DNA of 24,355 nt, taken from the IMG/VR virus record IMGVR_UViG_3300021446_000020, positions 1 through 24,355 of that record; one strand, 5' to 3'. This DNA is from a virus. Its lineage: Duplodnaviria > Caudoviricetes. The position numbers and the translations under genes are program-made. The first letter of the stretch is position 1. Each line of letters starts with the position of its first letter. The notes beneath the pieces were generated by a model. That model ran no database searches. It saw nothing but the letters and a program-made list of their open reading frames with translations, and was not told the origin of the DNA. Shown here one piece after another: positions 23,844 to 24,355 of this stretch.

Positions 23844-24355
23844 TCGTCGCCCCCGTCGTCGGCTTTACTTTCACCGTCGGGTTCGCCGTCGTCGGTCTTG
23901 TCTTCGGCAAGGTCGACCCCGACCGACGTGATATTGACGTCGATCGCCCCGTCGCCGTCGCCGTGTAGCGTCGTATCTTGTTCGACTTCGAACTTCGACG
24001 GCCCCGACACTTGGTCGTATATCCGTATAAGTCGGGCGATATGGGCCGCCTTCCGTTCGACGGATTCGTCACCGAAGTCAACCCACGACTTGCCCGGCAC
24101 TTCGTCTAATGCGCCGGTGTAGTTACACGGTTCGATTACTTGTGGTTCGATCCGAATTTGACCGTTACACGAATCGACGACGGGTTCAGTATCGGGGTCG
24201 ACCGACCGCCGGTATGATTCACCGCACCGGGGGCATTCGTACATGGCGATTTGGTCGACGTCGGGGTGCTTGTCTAAGGCCCGCGTGAACCGCATTTCTT
24301 CGAAGGCGATAATGTTCCCAAGCGTCGCCCGGAATTCGTCGACGGGTATCTTGTC
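23840..24355 (-). CDS. Zn-ribbon protein (5' partial), reminiscent of the MCM N-terminal OB/Zn region
   Basis: Frame is open to the window edge (DKIPVDEFRATLGNIIAFEEM...); YECPRCG...EP..SC...PC. Confidence 0.55.
   Translation of the reverse strand, partial: DKIPVDEFRATLGNIIAFEEMRFTRALDKHPDVDQIAMYECPRCGESYRRSVDPDTEPVVDSCNGQIRIEPQVIEPCNYTGALDEVPGKSWVDFGDESVERKAAHIARLIRIYDQVSGPSKFEVEQDTTLHGDGDGAIDVNITSVGVDLAEDKTDDGEPDGESKADDGGDE

Larger units (their letters stand above)
1..24355 (-). mobile_element. Tailed haloarchaeal virus or provirus genome segment (packaging, head, neck and tail module plus accessory genes)
   Basis: Co-oriented TerL, portal, protease, MCP, adaptor, neck and tail tube genes; Asp/Glu-rich proteins; archaeal TATA boxes about 25-30 nt upstream of start codons. 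No att site or host gene is visible, so virus versus provirus cannot be decided. Confidence 0.93.

Overview
This window is a segment of a tailed haloarchaeal virus or provirus genome (Caudoviricetes-like; GC-rich with strongly acidic proteins). Nearly all genes are on the minus strand. In transcription order (right to left) it holds accessory genes including a PAPS-reductase-family enzyme, the terminase large subunit, a ~5.4 kb accessory block (Topo VI-A/Spo11-like TOPRIM protein, a lone plus-strand nuclease-like gene, Zn-binding proteins, a 5x Zn-HTH repeat protein, an HNH endonuclease), a portal-MuF fusion, a beta-rich protein, prohead protease/scaffold, major capsid protein, head-tail adaptor, neck, tail-completion and tail tube. 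The most striking unexplained structure is a ~65-bp element present three times (943, 3773, 21893). It carries a GTGT-N7-ACAC box, a TATA box, a leaderless start and identical first codons (MVRTTT) folded into a GCGA-loop hairpin, each copy fused to an unrelated small ORF. Two copies sit inside the virion gene module. A putative structured ~200-nt ncRNA (7255-7467) with a related promoter carries 11 nt antisense to those cassette mRNA 5' ends. GAG/CTC and CAG/CTG trinucleotides look strongly depleted. All calls come from reading motifs by eye; no searches were run.
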